The position numbers and the translations under genes were made by a program. A stretch of DNA of 63,444 bases, counting the filler, from Malacoraja senta (lineage: Eukaryota), in assembly GCA_038087875.1 (NCBI GenBank). It is 3 parts of 3 records of this genome, joined end to end, with 100 filler letters (N's around TTAATTAATTAA, not from the genome) between each part and the next. Parts side by side here need not be neighbours in the genome. Positions count along the whole stretch, not along the records: positions 28,414 to 54,424 come from JAXLNO010001599.1; positions 54,525 to 63,444 come from JAXLNO010002882.1; 1 more part is not named here. One strand, 5' to 3'. How positions within the stretch are numbered: the first letter of the stretch is position 1; each line of letters begins with the position of its first letter. Positions 48,938 through 61,270 of this stretch are shown here, piece by piece. The notes under the pieces were generated by a model. It ran no database searches, was not told where the DNA came from, and saw only the letters and a list, made by a program, of their open reading frames with translations.

Positions 48938-51900
48938 TTGAAACAAATTTATTCATGGATAACCCCTTGAGATGGACAGTCATCTCATTTTCGAGGGGGT
49001 CCAACATAGAACATACAGCACAAGACATAACATATCTAGAGGCTCTCATTGACCCACCTACCCACACACCAATCCCAAAACCCCTCCATCCCCACTTGTT
49101 ATAGTTTATAACAATTGTTAATTAACTTTACATATCCAATAATAACAATAGTTATGTGTTACAGCATAATGTTAGTGCATAATACCATATACCACCTATC
49201 ATACATCGTACGTTAATATATACTATCAACATAATGACATAATATATTATTTCATGATATTGTGACATAATACAATATGAGACCTTGTTACACTATGCAA
49301 TACAATAATACATAAGTGTAATGGCCATGCATATACAATAGTTATGCCAAATGATCACACTCAGAGCAAGCTAAATAAAGGAGCTCGAAGACTCTAATAC
49401 TAGAAACAGGTACATGGTTTTATAAGGAAAGGTAAAAGTGTATTTTTAAATAGACGAAATGAGCTAATAGTTCTTATGGTACTAGGCAGAGTGTTCCAGT
49501 CAGAAGGAGCTTTGAATTTAAATGCACGTCTCCCAATTTCTTTGTTAGTTCTTGGAATGAAAAAGAAGGGTTGCTGAATATGTCTTAGTGAATATGAGGG
49601 TGTGTATGGTAATAGGTCTTGTTTTAAATAAGAAGGGTAATTGAGGTGGATGCATTTAAAGATGAACTGGAACTGGAACCAGTGGTAGCATCTTCGAGCG
49701 TGGGGGATAACAAGTTTAGAGTTTCGTACATAGAACAGTGGTGAGTTATATATGGACACCTTAAAATAAATCTGCAAAGACTATTATAAACTACATTAAG
49801 GGGTTGAAGATGTATATCAAATGTATTCTGATAGACAATATCAGCATAATCCAGTGTTGGTAGTAGTAGTTGAGAGACAATTCTTTTTCTCATCTGAAAG
49901 GTGAAACAATTTATATGGCGATAAAGAATAGCTAGATTACAGCTAAGTTTTTTAGTAATCGTCTCACTATGCTGCGTAAATGAAAGCGTTGGGTCAAGCC
50001 AAACACCAAGATATTTGAAGTTCAATACTTGTTCTAATGGTGATCCTTCATTAAATGATATAGTCAGATCTACAGAATTACCAAGGCCTTGTCTGGTACC
50101 AAATAACATACTGCATGATTTATTTTTATTTAAAATTAATTTGTTAAATAATAGCCATTTCTGAACAGAAGTAAGATCTGATTGAAGGGTTCTTTCAATT
50201 TCAGACTTGTTAGTACTAGATGTATATAGCACCGCATCATCGGCATATAGTTGTATTTGGCAGTCAGAACAGATATTAGGGAGGTCGTTTATGAAAATAG
50301 AGAAAAGGAGTGGTCCCAAGGACGAACCTTGCGGGACCCCCTTCTCAACAATTAAGGAATTGGATTGACTTCCATTAAAGGTGACACATTGGCGTCTGTT
50401 ATGAAGGTATGAGTTAAACCACAGTAGATTGTTTTGAGAAAGACCAATAGAGTTACGTTTATCAAGCAGTAGGTAGTGGTCAACAACATCAAAGGCCTTG
50501 GTTAGATCAAGAAAGATGGCACCGGTGAGTTTACCATCCTCGGAAGCAGTGAACACATCGCTGGTAAGTTTTAACAGAGCTGTAGTTGTGGAGTGATTAG
50601 GACTGAACCCAGACTGGCATGGAGATAGAATATTGAAAGTTGAGACATAATGTGATAGCTGGTTGAACACTAGTTTCTCGAAGATTTTAGCCACCGAGTT
50701 GATAATTAAGATGGGGCGGTAATTGTTAATATCTTGTGGGTCGCCTCCCTTATGCAGTGGAGTAACATTTGCACACTTCCATGCGGAAGGGAGGGTACAA
50801 GTTGAGAAGGACAAATTAAACAGGTCGCATAGTGGGTACATTAAAATATTAGCTCCTAACTTAATGAATTTAGTCTCAATACCAGCTGGTCCAGATCCAC
50901 AATCATCCTTTAATTCATTAATAACATGTTGAACGTAAACAGGTTTAATTTTTTGAAAAGAAAAAGATCTTCTACTTGTAGAGGTAGCTGGAAAGTCACA
51001 TATAATAGATGAATCAAATACAGTAGAGCTACATACAGTGGAGAAGTGCTGGTTGAAAGCATTGGATATAACAGCAGGGTCCTGAATGATATCATTGTTG
51101 ACCCGAATCTGAGTGCTGATATTTTGATTTGATTTATTAAGAACATTGTTTAGTCTTTTCCAAAACTTTTTTGGATTATGCATGTCTTCAGAAAGATGTT
51201 TTTTAAAATGACTTGATTTAGCATTACGTGTTTTTGTCGTACACTGATTCCTTAAGGACCTATATTTTTCCCAATCAGCAGGGTCCTTTGTTTCCCTGAA
51301 AGTCTTCCAGACTTTATCCCGCTCATTAAAAAGGTTGATCAAATCAGCACTAATCCATGGTAAATGTTTTCCCTTGACTTTTATTTCTCTCCAGGGGGCA
51401 TGCTTATCGATAACTCTTGTGACTTCAGTGTATAAATAATTCCAGGCATCCTCGACAGTTGGTATAAGATGAAACTGTTGGGGAGATGGCGCCCGCCTGT
51501 TGGGGAGATGGCGCCCGCATAGCGGACAAAAACAGACTGGACAAGCTGATCAGGAAGGCCGGCTCAGTGGTCGGGGCTGAGCAACGAACGGTCCAGCAGG
51601 TGGCAGAGGCCAGAACTCTGAACAAACTGGGTTCAATAATGACCAACCCCACTCACCCACTCCATGCCCTGAAGGTGATCAAGAGCAGCATCTTCAGTCA
51701 GAGACTGATTGCACCAATGTGCAAAACTGAGAGACATAGGAAGTCCTGTTTACCAGCTGCTATAAGGTTATATAATGCGCATAAATAACTGCACTTTTTT
51801 TTTCATTAATTGTATTTTAACTTGTATTTTAACTTGTATTTTAACTTGTTAAGTATGGAAGCTATTTGAGGAAATGTGTGGTGTTATGTCTGTCTTGAAG

Positions 51901-54365
51901 CTGTCGTGGCACTGTAATTTCCTGTAAAGGATTATTAAAGGTATATCTTATCTTATCTCTTTTCTTATCTTAAACCTGTCCCAGTTTATTGCAATCAGGT
52001 CATGCATATAATTATCATAATTAAATTTTCTACATTGTCTAACACGAATATGTTTAGGAGGGAGACGGGAAGGTTTAATCTTCCACACACAGAAAATAGC
52101 AGAATGATCGCTAAAGCAATCTGACAAAACACCAGATGTTAAGATTCGGTCAGGATGGGTAACAAGAATCCAATCTAATAGTGATGTAGAATTGCCATGA
52201 ACTCTGGTAGGTTCGTTTATTAACTGGGTCAGGTTTATACTTTTAAGCAAGTGTTTGTCGTTAGAAGAGGAGCGATCGAGCCAGTTTTTATTGAAGTCAC
52301 CAAGAAGCACTAATTCACATGGGTGTTCAATAAAGGTGAGAGTGGAAATTAGGGACTTAGTTGAGTCAGGATGAACAGGGGGGGGTCGATAGATAGTGCC
52401 TATAATTAGATGTTTATTCTCATGAAGTTTTAACCTAATAAAAAGGCTTTCAAAGAGGAATGAGGATGCTTTAGGGATGGCTGGGTTCAGATATAAAGCA
52501 AGTTGACACATAACAAGCCACTCCTCCAGCTCTCGTAGGCCTATCTGCTCTATATAATACAACATTATCAATATGAATATCATTGTCACAAATTTCACTA
52601 TGTAACCATGTTTCTGAAAATGTTATTATGTCAGGTTTATTCTGTGCAATCCAAACTCTAATTAAATCTATCTTTGGAAGAAGACTCCTAATGTTCAAAT
52701 GGATGATTTTTAGACCTTTAGCTGTATCAATTGTGGATCAATTGGGTGTAGATAAGGTCGGGGGAGTGAGGCGAGGAAATAGCATGAGAAAGGGGACGAG
52801 AGAGCCACATACACAGATTGACACAGACACACACACACAAAAGACAGGACAGGCAAAGCACACAAGATCAGGCTGCGTCATTGAGAGAGAGAGAGAGAGA
52901 AAAAGAAGAAAAAAAGTGAGGATACACACCTCAGTCTGCATAGCTCATATTTATGCAAATAGATCAAAGTATGAGGTCCTGGACCATTTATGTTTAAATT
53001 AATGAGGCATTATGAAGCCCAAAATAACAACTCTTAGTTTTACAACGTTTTACGGCAATTGCGACACTTTTTATGGAAACAGTAGTAAAGCAGCATCAAT
53101 CATAACAACTCTCATGCCAGCTTCAACTTTGCAAATAAGACAGAAAAATCAATGCTGGTCCAGCGGTTATATAATTACAAGAGGAGCCGCTGGCATCATT
53201 TTATCAAAATCAAGAAAAATACAACCAAAAACCAGCTAAACACAAAGTTCATAGGCAAACAACATTATTGTGCTAACGCTATCACCAGCCACTGGCCACC
53301 AACATTAGGCTGTTATATCAGAGTCCATGGAGGAGTTAATGGAGGAGAGCTCACCAAAAAATGTCTCAACTTCATCAGGAGTGCGAAAGAACTGTGTCTT
53401 GCCAGCGTAGACAACTCTCAGTGTGCAGGGAAAGATCAATGCATATTTAATGTCACGGTTGCGTAACTTCTTCTTAACCGCAACATACTCCTGGCGTCTC
53501 TGGACAAGACCAGCGCTGAAGTCCGGGTAGACATGAACCCGAGGTCCGTTGTACTCAAGGGGCACATTTTTCTCCCGGGATAGCTACATTATCCTCAGCT
53601 TATCCTGGAAATAGTGGAACTTCACCAGGATAGGCCTCGGACCCTTGGCTCTGGAGTTATCCTTGCGACCAGCACGGTGACAACGCTCAATCACTAGAGG
53701 AGTGGGGAAATTCGCCTCACCAAGAAGCTGCGATATCAGACGGCCCATGAATCCGGAGATATCTTTGGACTCTACCCTCTCGGGGATTCCGACGAAACGT
53801 AAGTTGGAACGTCTGCTTCTGTTCTGTCATCTGCCCAAGTTTTCAGGTCAGCGTTTTCTTTTTCAAGTGATTTTACACGTCCAACCAGGTCTATTATATT
53901 ATCCTCGTTGGAGCTAACTCTATGCTCAAGCTCTGTTACATGCTCTCCAAGCGTTTGAAGTGAGCCTTCAATGTTAGTCAGGCTTACCCCAATTGGATCA
54001 ATTTTATTGTCCATATGTAATATCATGTTGAGCTGCATTTGCTGCATGTTATCCAAGGCACTTTGGAGGGCAATTGGCTCGCCCATTGTAAGACCAATAG
54101 TCTTTTCCAATCAATGAATAGTAGAAGGTAGAAGATAGTCTAGTAATTAGTAATTAGTTATTGATAATGCTAAAGTTGTTCTACCTTGCTTTTTAGATTC
54201 ACCAAAAATTGTTCATTGACACCAGGAGAGTTAGAGTGGAGAAGGAATCTCAAAACGCCATCAATAGACAAATAGTTGCGCCAGCAGACTAGACCTTGTG
54301 TCAAACCCTCACGCAGCAACAGCAGCCATCTTGCACCTCGTACATCTTGCACCATCTTGCATCTT
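48938..54365 (-). mobile_element. Near full-length L2-clade LINE with L1-type ORF1; ORF2 interrupted by a Rex-like fragment; 3' part duplicated at 42273-43507
   Basis: ORF2: MNIRSLLPK..SETWL, YRPP, GDFN, SDHS and a 572-aa RT ORF (GVPQGSSLGP, LYADD). 3' stem-loop GGACCCCCTCGAAAATGAGATG..CATCTCAAGGGG..AATAAA. ORF1 remnants at 53305-54110 (coiled coil, VYPDFS, YALIFPCTLRV). Confidence 0.85.
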
Positions 54366-54424
54366 GTACATGGACCTGTTCAGAATAGGATACAACAGAT
54401 ACTGAAGAGTCAACATCAGCACCT

Positions 54425-54524
54425 NNNNNNNNNNNNNNNNNNNNNNNNNNNNNNNNNNNNNNNNNNNNTTAATTAATTAANNNNNNNNNNNNNNNNNNNN
54501 NNNNNNNNNNNNNNNNNNNNNNNN
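54425..54524. other. 100-nt scaffold gap with artificial TTAATTAATTAA spacer
   Basis: 44 N + spacer + 44 N. Confidence 0.95.
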
Positions 54525-55830
54525 TTGATGATGTTGACAGTACCATGTACAGGTGTGCAATCGTAGGTGAAGAGGGAGTAGAGGAGGGGGCTCAGCACAC
54601 AGCCCTGTGGAACGCCGGTGTTCAGTGTGAGGGTTCAAGAGGTGTAGTTGTCTAACCTAACAGACTGTGGTCTGTTGGTTAGAAAGTCCAGTATCCAGGT
54701 GCAGAGGGAGGGGTCGATGCCCAGTTCACCGAGTTTGGTGATCAGTTTAGAGGGCATGATGGTGTTGAATGCTGAGCTGTAATCGATGAACAGCATTCTT
54801 ACGTAAGTGTCTCTGTTGCCGAGGTGGGTGAGGGCGGAGTGAAGTGCCGTTGAGATGGCATCCTCCGTACTCCTGTTCTTGCGGTAGGCAAACTGATAGG
54901 GATCCAATGTGGGGGATAGGCAGCCTTTGAGGTGTGCCAGGACCAGCCTCTCGAAGCACTTGGAGATGATGGGAGTAAGTGCAACTAGGCGGAAGTCGTT
55001 GAGGCTTGCCGCAGTGGAGTGTTTTGGCACCGGCACGATGGAGGTGGATTTAAGGCACGTGGGCACAACTGCTTGGTCAAGTGTCATGTTGAAGATGTCA
55101 GTCCAGACGTCTGTCAGCTGCGCAGCATAGGCCCTGAGGATGCGCCCGGGGATGCCGTCATGGCCAGCAGCCTTACGTGCATTAACCCTACTCAGTGCCA
55201 CGTACACGTCGTAGGGGGTGAGTGTGAGGGGCTGGTGATCAGCAGGGAGCACCGCCTTGATGGCCATCTCTAGATTGTCCCTGTCAAAGCGGCCATAAAA
55301 GTGGTTAAGCTCCTCAAGGAAGGAGGCGTTGCTGGATGTGGGGGTGGTGTTGGTGGGTCTAAAGTCCGTGATGACCTGGATGCCTTGCCACATGCGTCGG
55401 GGGTCGGAGTTGTTGTTGAAGTGCTCCTCAATCCTGAGCTTATGGCAGTGCTTGGCCTTCTTTATGCCCCTCTTCAGGGTAGCCCTGGTTGAACTGTAGG
55501 CTCGGGCATCCTGACCTGTAGGATCGGGCAGCCTGGCCTGAAAGCGGTGTCCCGTGCTTTGAGCAGCAGCCTGATCTCGCTTTTCATCCATGGCTTCTGA
55601 TTCGGGAATGTGGTCACCTGTTTGAGGGAGGTGACACTGTTGATGGTGGAGTTTATAAAGGTCCAGAACAGAGGATGTATAGGAGTCAATGTCCGTGTGG
55701 GAGTCAAGGGTGGCCCTGGCTGCAAACGCCTTCCAGTCAGTGTTTCCAAAACACTGCTGAAGTGTGGAGTCCGCCTCCTCTGACCAGACTTTAACAGTCC
55801 ACACAGTGGGTTTAACCCGTCTGAATGGGA
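54525..55830 (-). mobile_element. Rex1/Babar-like LINE RT fragment
   Basis: 389-aa ORF: KVWSEEAD..LQQCF..TDW, KAAGHDGIPG, LNDFRLVALTP, RMLFIDYSSAFNTI. Confidence 0.9.
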
Positions 55831-56042
55831 GAGCATGAGAGGGAAATAGATACGCAGAGTAAATGATTCAGAAGCCAATGATGAGCGACAACGAAATGGA
55901 GGGGTGATGTACGTTCTGAGATAGTGGGAGTGAGGAGAGTGAGAGGAGGGAAGGAGAGATATTGAGCGTTCGAAAAGGAGAGGGACTAAGAGAGAACGCA
56001 GAGACAGTGTGCGCGCGCGTGTGTGTGTGTGTGTGAGAGAGC

Positions 56043-56098
<56 letters not shown>

Positions 56099-56300
56099 TC
56101 CAATTAGCGCACGTAAAGTAAGAAGGCATGTGTCCAAATTGCGTCAGTGGTAAGCACCCAATCGTACAGGAGGATAAACCCCTTGGTCTCCCCGAAAGAA
56201 ACAAAACTGTCCCGGATTGTCACGTCCTCTCACATATACCGGAGGCATGAACGCATTCGAACTATTTCCTTCTTCCACAGGTGTTAACAAACCACAGGCC

Positions 56301-56740
56301 ATGAAAACCCTCTGGTCCACGCTGATAATAATGTTCGTGTTTCCAGGTGAGTCTATGTTGCAATGGTGCATGAGCGGACCGTGGCTTTGATATAGTCCCA
56401 GACTGCTGATTGTCTATGTGGGTTTGTTTTAGGAGCCTGTGGAGATGATTCGATGTCCCAGTATCCACCTCAAATGACGGCTGAGGAAGGACAGACGGTA
56501 ACACTGGAACTGCAGTTATCCTGCATCAATGGTTGCTAACACTGCCTTTTGGTACACCCAGAGTTCTGCAGACGCGCCGAGATATATACTAAAGATATTC
56601 ACCACAGGCGAAGCACTACGGTCACCTGATACTTCGGACAGGTTTTCTCCGGTTTATCTTAAGGAGAAGCGGATGGTGCCTTTGAGTATCTCCGGGGTCC
56701 GTGTTTCCGACTCCGCCGTGTATCTCTGTGCCATGAGCCC
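56301..56740 (+). pseudogene. TCR alpha/delta-type V segment 1 (leader 56301-56346, V exon 56433-56740), +1 frameshift at ~56506
   Basis: Leader MKTLWSTLIIMFVFP with gtgagt..ag intron; V motifs FWY.Q, APRYIL, PLSISG, DSAVYLCAMS; extra G in ACACTGGAACTGC versus V3. Could be an indel error. Confidence 0.88.
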
Positions 56741-56780
56741 CACACTGCGGCAGGGAAGCAGCGGGACCGCCACAAAAAAC
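56741..56780 (+). other. RSS of V1: CACACTG, 23/24-bp spacer, (C)ACAAAAAAC
   Basis: Directly follows the V coding end. Confidence 0.85.
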
Positions 56781-56805
56781 AACCCCAGTAAGGTTCATCG
56801 AGAGC

Positions 56806-56819
56806 CCACCAGATGGCGC
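56806..56819 (+). promoter_or_regulatory. CTCF-binding motif CCACCAGATGGCGC, 25 bp after V1 nonamer
   Basis: Matches CTCF core CCASYAGRKGGCRS. Confidence 0.75.
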
Positions 56820-57971
56820 ACTTACACAGTGATTGAAAACGATGAGAGATAGAAACCCTTCGCAATATGCAGCAAATGCATTGTACACGTTTACGTCCAG
56901 CCTCCAGACCAATACTCAATACATCGCAGGAGTGCAAACCAGAGGGCGCACATACCCTATGAAACGAAAGTGATCAGAGATAGAAACTCGACGGAGGTTT
57001 CAGCAATTTTGTTTCAACAAACAAGTTGCAAGGGGATATATCTCTTTCCTCCCAATATTGTCCACATTCTAGATACCCTACGTTGCGTATCGTCCCTCCC
57101 TTACTCCTACCAGTACTGGAGGGGATATATTGTGATGTTACTCCCTTGAAGCGTTTTTAGCTGCATAACTGTTAGGCGATATATATCTCATGATGAACAG
57201 AGCGCTCTCACGGTTTCTTTCCAGCCGTCCGGCAATACACCAGGTTTTTTAACGTTATCTTGTTGGCAATACTGGAGGCCACGCGATGCACCCGGGCATT
57301 AACCAACCGCAGATCGGCTGGGGGGAAATCAAGGGGAGTCTTCGATATATTAATTGTGGCGAAATATTGAGTTCCACAATTTTCATTACACGCATGAATA
57401 TCCTTTAGAAAATAGGAGGGGCGAGTCGAACTGACCTTAACGGCTCGAGGTCGAACCCCGACATGGACCACCAGCTCCACAAGGCCGCAGCGCGAACGGA
57501 GATACGATACGGATAATATCGCATCTCCGTCGTGGTCAGAGATTAAAAAAAGTTTCCTCCAACGCCCCTCCCACACACATAAAAGAAAGCTAAAGAACAC
57601 CAAAACATACGTTAAACACATATTAACAACCACAAAGCAGGACAATGACGAGGCAGACTGTTGGCGAGGCAGCCACTGCGGCGAACTAGCAAAGGGCAGT
57701 AGAAAGAGAGTATCAGTCCGAATTGGGGGCGACCAGAGCGAGGGAGAGAGAGAAATAAGCATCTAATCAGGGCAGGTGAAGGAAGAAGGCATGTGGTGAA
57801 TTTGCAGCTGTTGTGAGCACTCAACCGTGCACGAGGGTTACGCCCCGTGGTCTCCACCCCAAAAGAAAATAAACCTGCCCCTGATTTCCGTGTCCTCTCA
57901 CATATTCAACGCGGGACATGAACGCAGTCAAATAGTTTCCTTCTTCCACAAGTGTTTTCAAACAACAGGCC

Positions 57972-58411
57972 ATGACCACTCTATGGTCCATACTGATAAT
58001 AATACTTTTCCTATTTGCAGGTGGGTCTGTGTTGCAATGGTACCGAAGCGGAACGTGTCTTTGATACACTCCCAGGCCGCTCACAATTTATTTGCTTTCT
58101 TTTAGGGGCCCTTGGAGACGATTCAATGTCCCAGTATCCACCTCAGATGACGACTGAGGAAGGACAAACGGTAAAGCTGAACTGCAGTTATTCTACAACA
58201 ATGGTTGCTTATCCTGTCATTTCTACCTCCAAGGTTCTGCAGAAGCGCCGAGATATATTCTGAAGGTATTCACTAATGGAAATGAAGACCGGCCACCTGA
58301 CGTCTCAGACAGGTTTTCTGCGGTTTATCGTAAAGAAGAGCGGATGGTGCATTTGTGTATCTCCGGGGTCCGTGTTTCCGACTCCGCCGTTTATCTCTGT
58401 TCCATGAGCCA
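57972..58411 (+). pseudogene. TCR alpha/delta-type V segment 2 (leader 57972-58020, V exon 58106-58411), -1 frameshift removing the conserved Trp
   Basis: Leader MTTLWSILIIILFLFA; ATT-TC-TAC where W is expected; downstream DSAVYLCSMS in the shifted frame. Confidence 0.88.
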
Positions 58412-58450
58412 CACACTGCAGCAGCGAAGCAGCGGGTCCGCACAAAAACA
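58412..58450 (+). other. 23-RSS of V2: CACACTG-23-ACAAAAACA
   Basis: Counted directly. Confidence 0.9.
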
Positions 58451-58475
58451 CAACCCCGGTAGTTCCAGCAAGCGC

Positions 58476-58489
58476 TCCCCAGGTGGCGC
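58476..58489 (+). promoter_or_regulatory. CTCF-binding motif TCCCCAGGTGGCGC, 25 bp after V2 nonamer
   Basis: CTCF core match at the same position as in V1. Confidence 0.7.
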
Positions 58490-60111
58490 ACTTACACCGG
58501 TAAACGGAAGTGATCTGAGTTAGAAATTCTGCGTACTTTTCTGCAAAAGCATTTCCTGTTGCTAAATAAACACAATGATCCCAAAATCTTTCCAGATTTT
58601 AAATGGTTTTCTGAGTAACTCATTCGCCAACTACCCCAACAAAAATGTAAACAACTGTTTTCTGGAATGATATGAAGATTATTTCATCTTCGACGCTTTT
58701 ATCAAGATAACCGTCGAACGTTATGTTTCCACGAGCGCCATTGGCCTTCAGAATAAAGCTTTCTCATTAATACCATGTTCCAGCTTCCAGACCCATACTC
58801 AATTCACAATACGGCATTTGTCTGCAGGAATCCATTCCATTGGTGCTACATAGGAGCTGCACGGTAGCGGGGCGGTAGAGCTGCTGCCTTATAGCGTCAG
58901 AGATACGGGTTCGATCCTGACTACGGGCGCTTGTCTCTACGGAGTTTGTACGTTCTCCCCGTGACCTGCGTGGGTTTTCACCGAGATCTTCCGTTTCCTC
59001 CCACATGTTTACAAATACACAGGACTAGATGTTAAAGCCCAAAGTACCAAATATCAATTTACTCCCGATGGTGATGGGAGCCTTCTGCACTGTCCTATGC
59101 TCCTCCGATGTTGAGAAAGGCTAGGCAGACAAGTCATTGGGGTTATCAAGCGGGCACCTACTTTCATCGACGTTTCGCTGATTGAACCCACGACGTCTCC
59201 AGTAGGCTCACCTGTGCATTCTGGCGTCCCAGAACCACTCTCCTCTGCATCTGTCTAGTCGGTTATTTGGGAGACCAAATGGGGTCTTTCCTCTTCAGCC
59301 AGAGCCACTGGCTACTCCGCTCTGCCACCCGTGATGATTCTTTGATGGCCTGGCGTAGGGCTTGTCCGCTGATCCCCAGGTCCTTCATTAGTCTTAAGGT
59401 AGATGTTGCACCTTAGTCGAACGGGGTTGCAGGTAAATTGACTTGGTATAAATGTAAAATTGTCCATAGTGTGTGTAGGGTAGTTGATGTGCGGGGATCG
59501 TTGGTTGGTGCAGACTCCGTGCGCCGAAGGGCCTGTCTCCGCGCTGTATCTCTAAACCAAACTAAACTAAACCAAAGTAAAGTAAAATAAATTAAAGTAA
59601 AGTGAACGGAACTAAACTAAACTACGACGAACACCGGAGTCAGAATGACCGAACAGGATGTTGGACATACATCAGTCCTCTGTGGGAATTTAGTTCACGA
59701 AATGTGGAATGAGATGAAAAACACAGAGGCCCTTTACAGTTGTCTTAATGTCATAGATTTCACTAAAGGAAGTTACCACTGTTAGGAGCAGCTCGAAGCT
59801 AGACGAGTATAGCGACAGAGAGATGCAGGGAGGTGATGTGTCCTTTTAGGGTGATCGAATCGCAGGCGAATGAGATAAACATTNNNNNNNNNNNNNNNNN
59901 NNNNNNNNNNNNNNNNNNNNNNNNNNNNNNNNNNNNNNNNNNNNNNNNNNNNNNNNNNNNNNNNNNNNNNNNNNNNNNNNNNNNNNNNNNNNNNNNNNNN
60001 NNNNNNNNNNNNNNNNNNNNNNNNNNNNNNNNNNNNNNNNNNNNNNNNNNNNNNNNNNNNNNNNNNNNNNNNNNNNNNNNNNNNNNNNNNNNNNNNNNNN
60101 NNNNNNNNNNN

Positions 60112-60410
60112 NGAGTCAGAGACAGAAAAAGGGAGAGATAAAGAAATAGAGTGAGAAACAGGGAGAGACAGAGAGCGAGAAACAGACGAAGAGACATACA
60201 GAGAGATACAAAGCCAGACAGAGAAAGGCGAGGGGAGTGAAAGACATATACGGAAATAAAGGGGGATTGAGGGAAAGATGGAGTGTGGGAAAGGAGAACA
60301 AGCGAGAGGTGTAGACAGAGTGGGAGAGCTAGAGGAAGACGGGGGTAGGGAGACACAGAGAGAGTGAGAGAGCAAGAGAGAGATAGAGACAGAGCGAGAG
60401 ATTGAAAGAG
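60112..60410 (+). repeat. GA-rich low-complexity tract between gaps, upstream of V3 (similar tract ~55900-56098 upstream of V1)
   Basis: Read directly. Confidence 0.9.
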
Positions 60411-60769
60411 NNNNNNNNNNNNNNNNNNNNNNNNNNNNNNNNNNNNNNNNNNNNNNNNNNNNNNNNNNNNNNNNNNNNNNNNNNNNNNNNNNNNNNNNNN
60501 NNNNNNNNNNNNNNNNNNNNNNNNNNNNNNNNNNNNNNNNNNNNNNNNNNNNNNNNNNNNNNNNNNNNNNNNNNNNNNNNNNNNNNNNNNNNNNNNGGGA
60601 AGGTATGTGCGTCAGTTATACGCTAGCCAATCAGGCTCCGGGGACACACCTCTTTTTCACGTGAAAGATACACCTGTTCCAGATCTCTGCTTCCTCGGGC
60701 ATTCCGGCCCGAACCACTAACATGGTGCATTCATTCGATTCGTCCCCCGCTGTTACCCGATCCGACACC

Positions 60770-61193
60770 ATGGCCTCTCTATGGTGCACATTGATTATAA
60801 TGGCCGTGTTACCCGGTGAGTCTCTGTTGATTTCGCTCCTGTGCGAGCCTTGCTTTCAGCAAACTATCAGATTGCTGACCTTCGGTGCTTTGTTGCAGGA
60901 GCCCGTGGAGAGGATTCGATGACCCAATATCCGCCTGAGATGACGGCTGAAGCAGGACAAACCGTAACACTGAACTGCAGTTACCCCAAAGCATTCGGTG
61001 CTGGCACCGTCTTCTGGTACATTCAGTATCTCGGAGAGGCGCCGAGATATCTGCTGAAAACTTTCAGCGATGGGTCTGGAGATTTCCCTGCCAGGTTTAC
61101 AGGTGCTTATCAAAAGGATTCTCGGGCGGTTCCTTTGAGTATCTCCAGCGTCCTTGTCTCGGACTCGGCCGCGTATCTCTGCGCCATGAGCCC
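60770..61193 (+). CDS. TCR alpha/delta-type V segment 3, intact (leader 60770-60815, V exon 60899-61193)
   Basis: MASLWCTLIIMAVLP|GARGEDSMTQYPPEMTAEAGQTVTLNCSY...FWYIQYLGEAPRYLL...PLSISSVLVSDSAAYLCAMS; both Cys and the Trp present; no stops. Confidence 0.92.
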
Positions 61194-61232
61194 CACACTG
61201 CGGCACAGAGACAGCGTGGCCCTACAAAAAAC
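61194..61232 (+). other. 23-RSS of V3: CACACTG-23-ACAAAAAAC
   Basis: Counted directly. Confidence 0.9.
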
Positions 61233-61256
61233 AATACAGACAGTTACCCCTACCGC

Positions 61257-61270
61257 TCGCCAGAGGGCGC
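61257..61270 (+). promoter_or_regulatory. CTCF-binding motif TCGCCAGAGGGCGC, 24 bp after V3 nonamer
   Basis: CTCF core match at the same position. Confidence 0.72.

Larger units (their letters stand above)
36835..50171. repeat. Near-identical tandem duplication, units 36835-43503 and 43504-50167
   Basis: Co-linear copies of partial TM1, CR1, SINE, TM2/3'UTR and L2 3' end; GAAG microhomology at the junction. Confidence 0.93.

Noticed and set aside
49624-51342. 572-aa ORF as a host gene
   Set aside because: Reverse-transcriptase domain of the L2 LINE.
56825-56831. Perfect CACAGTG heptamer just after the V1 CTCF site
   Set aside because: No nonamer at 12 or 23 bp and not conserved in V2-V4.
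56936-56949. Second CTCF-like motif AAACCAGAGGGCGC behind V1
   Set aside because: Weak 5' half and no counterpart at the other V genes; not counted.
60841-60898. N-terminus of supplied ORF 60841-61287
   Set aside because: Intron sequence; the real start is the leader exon at 60770.
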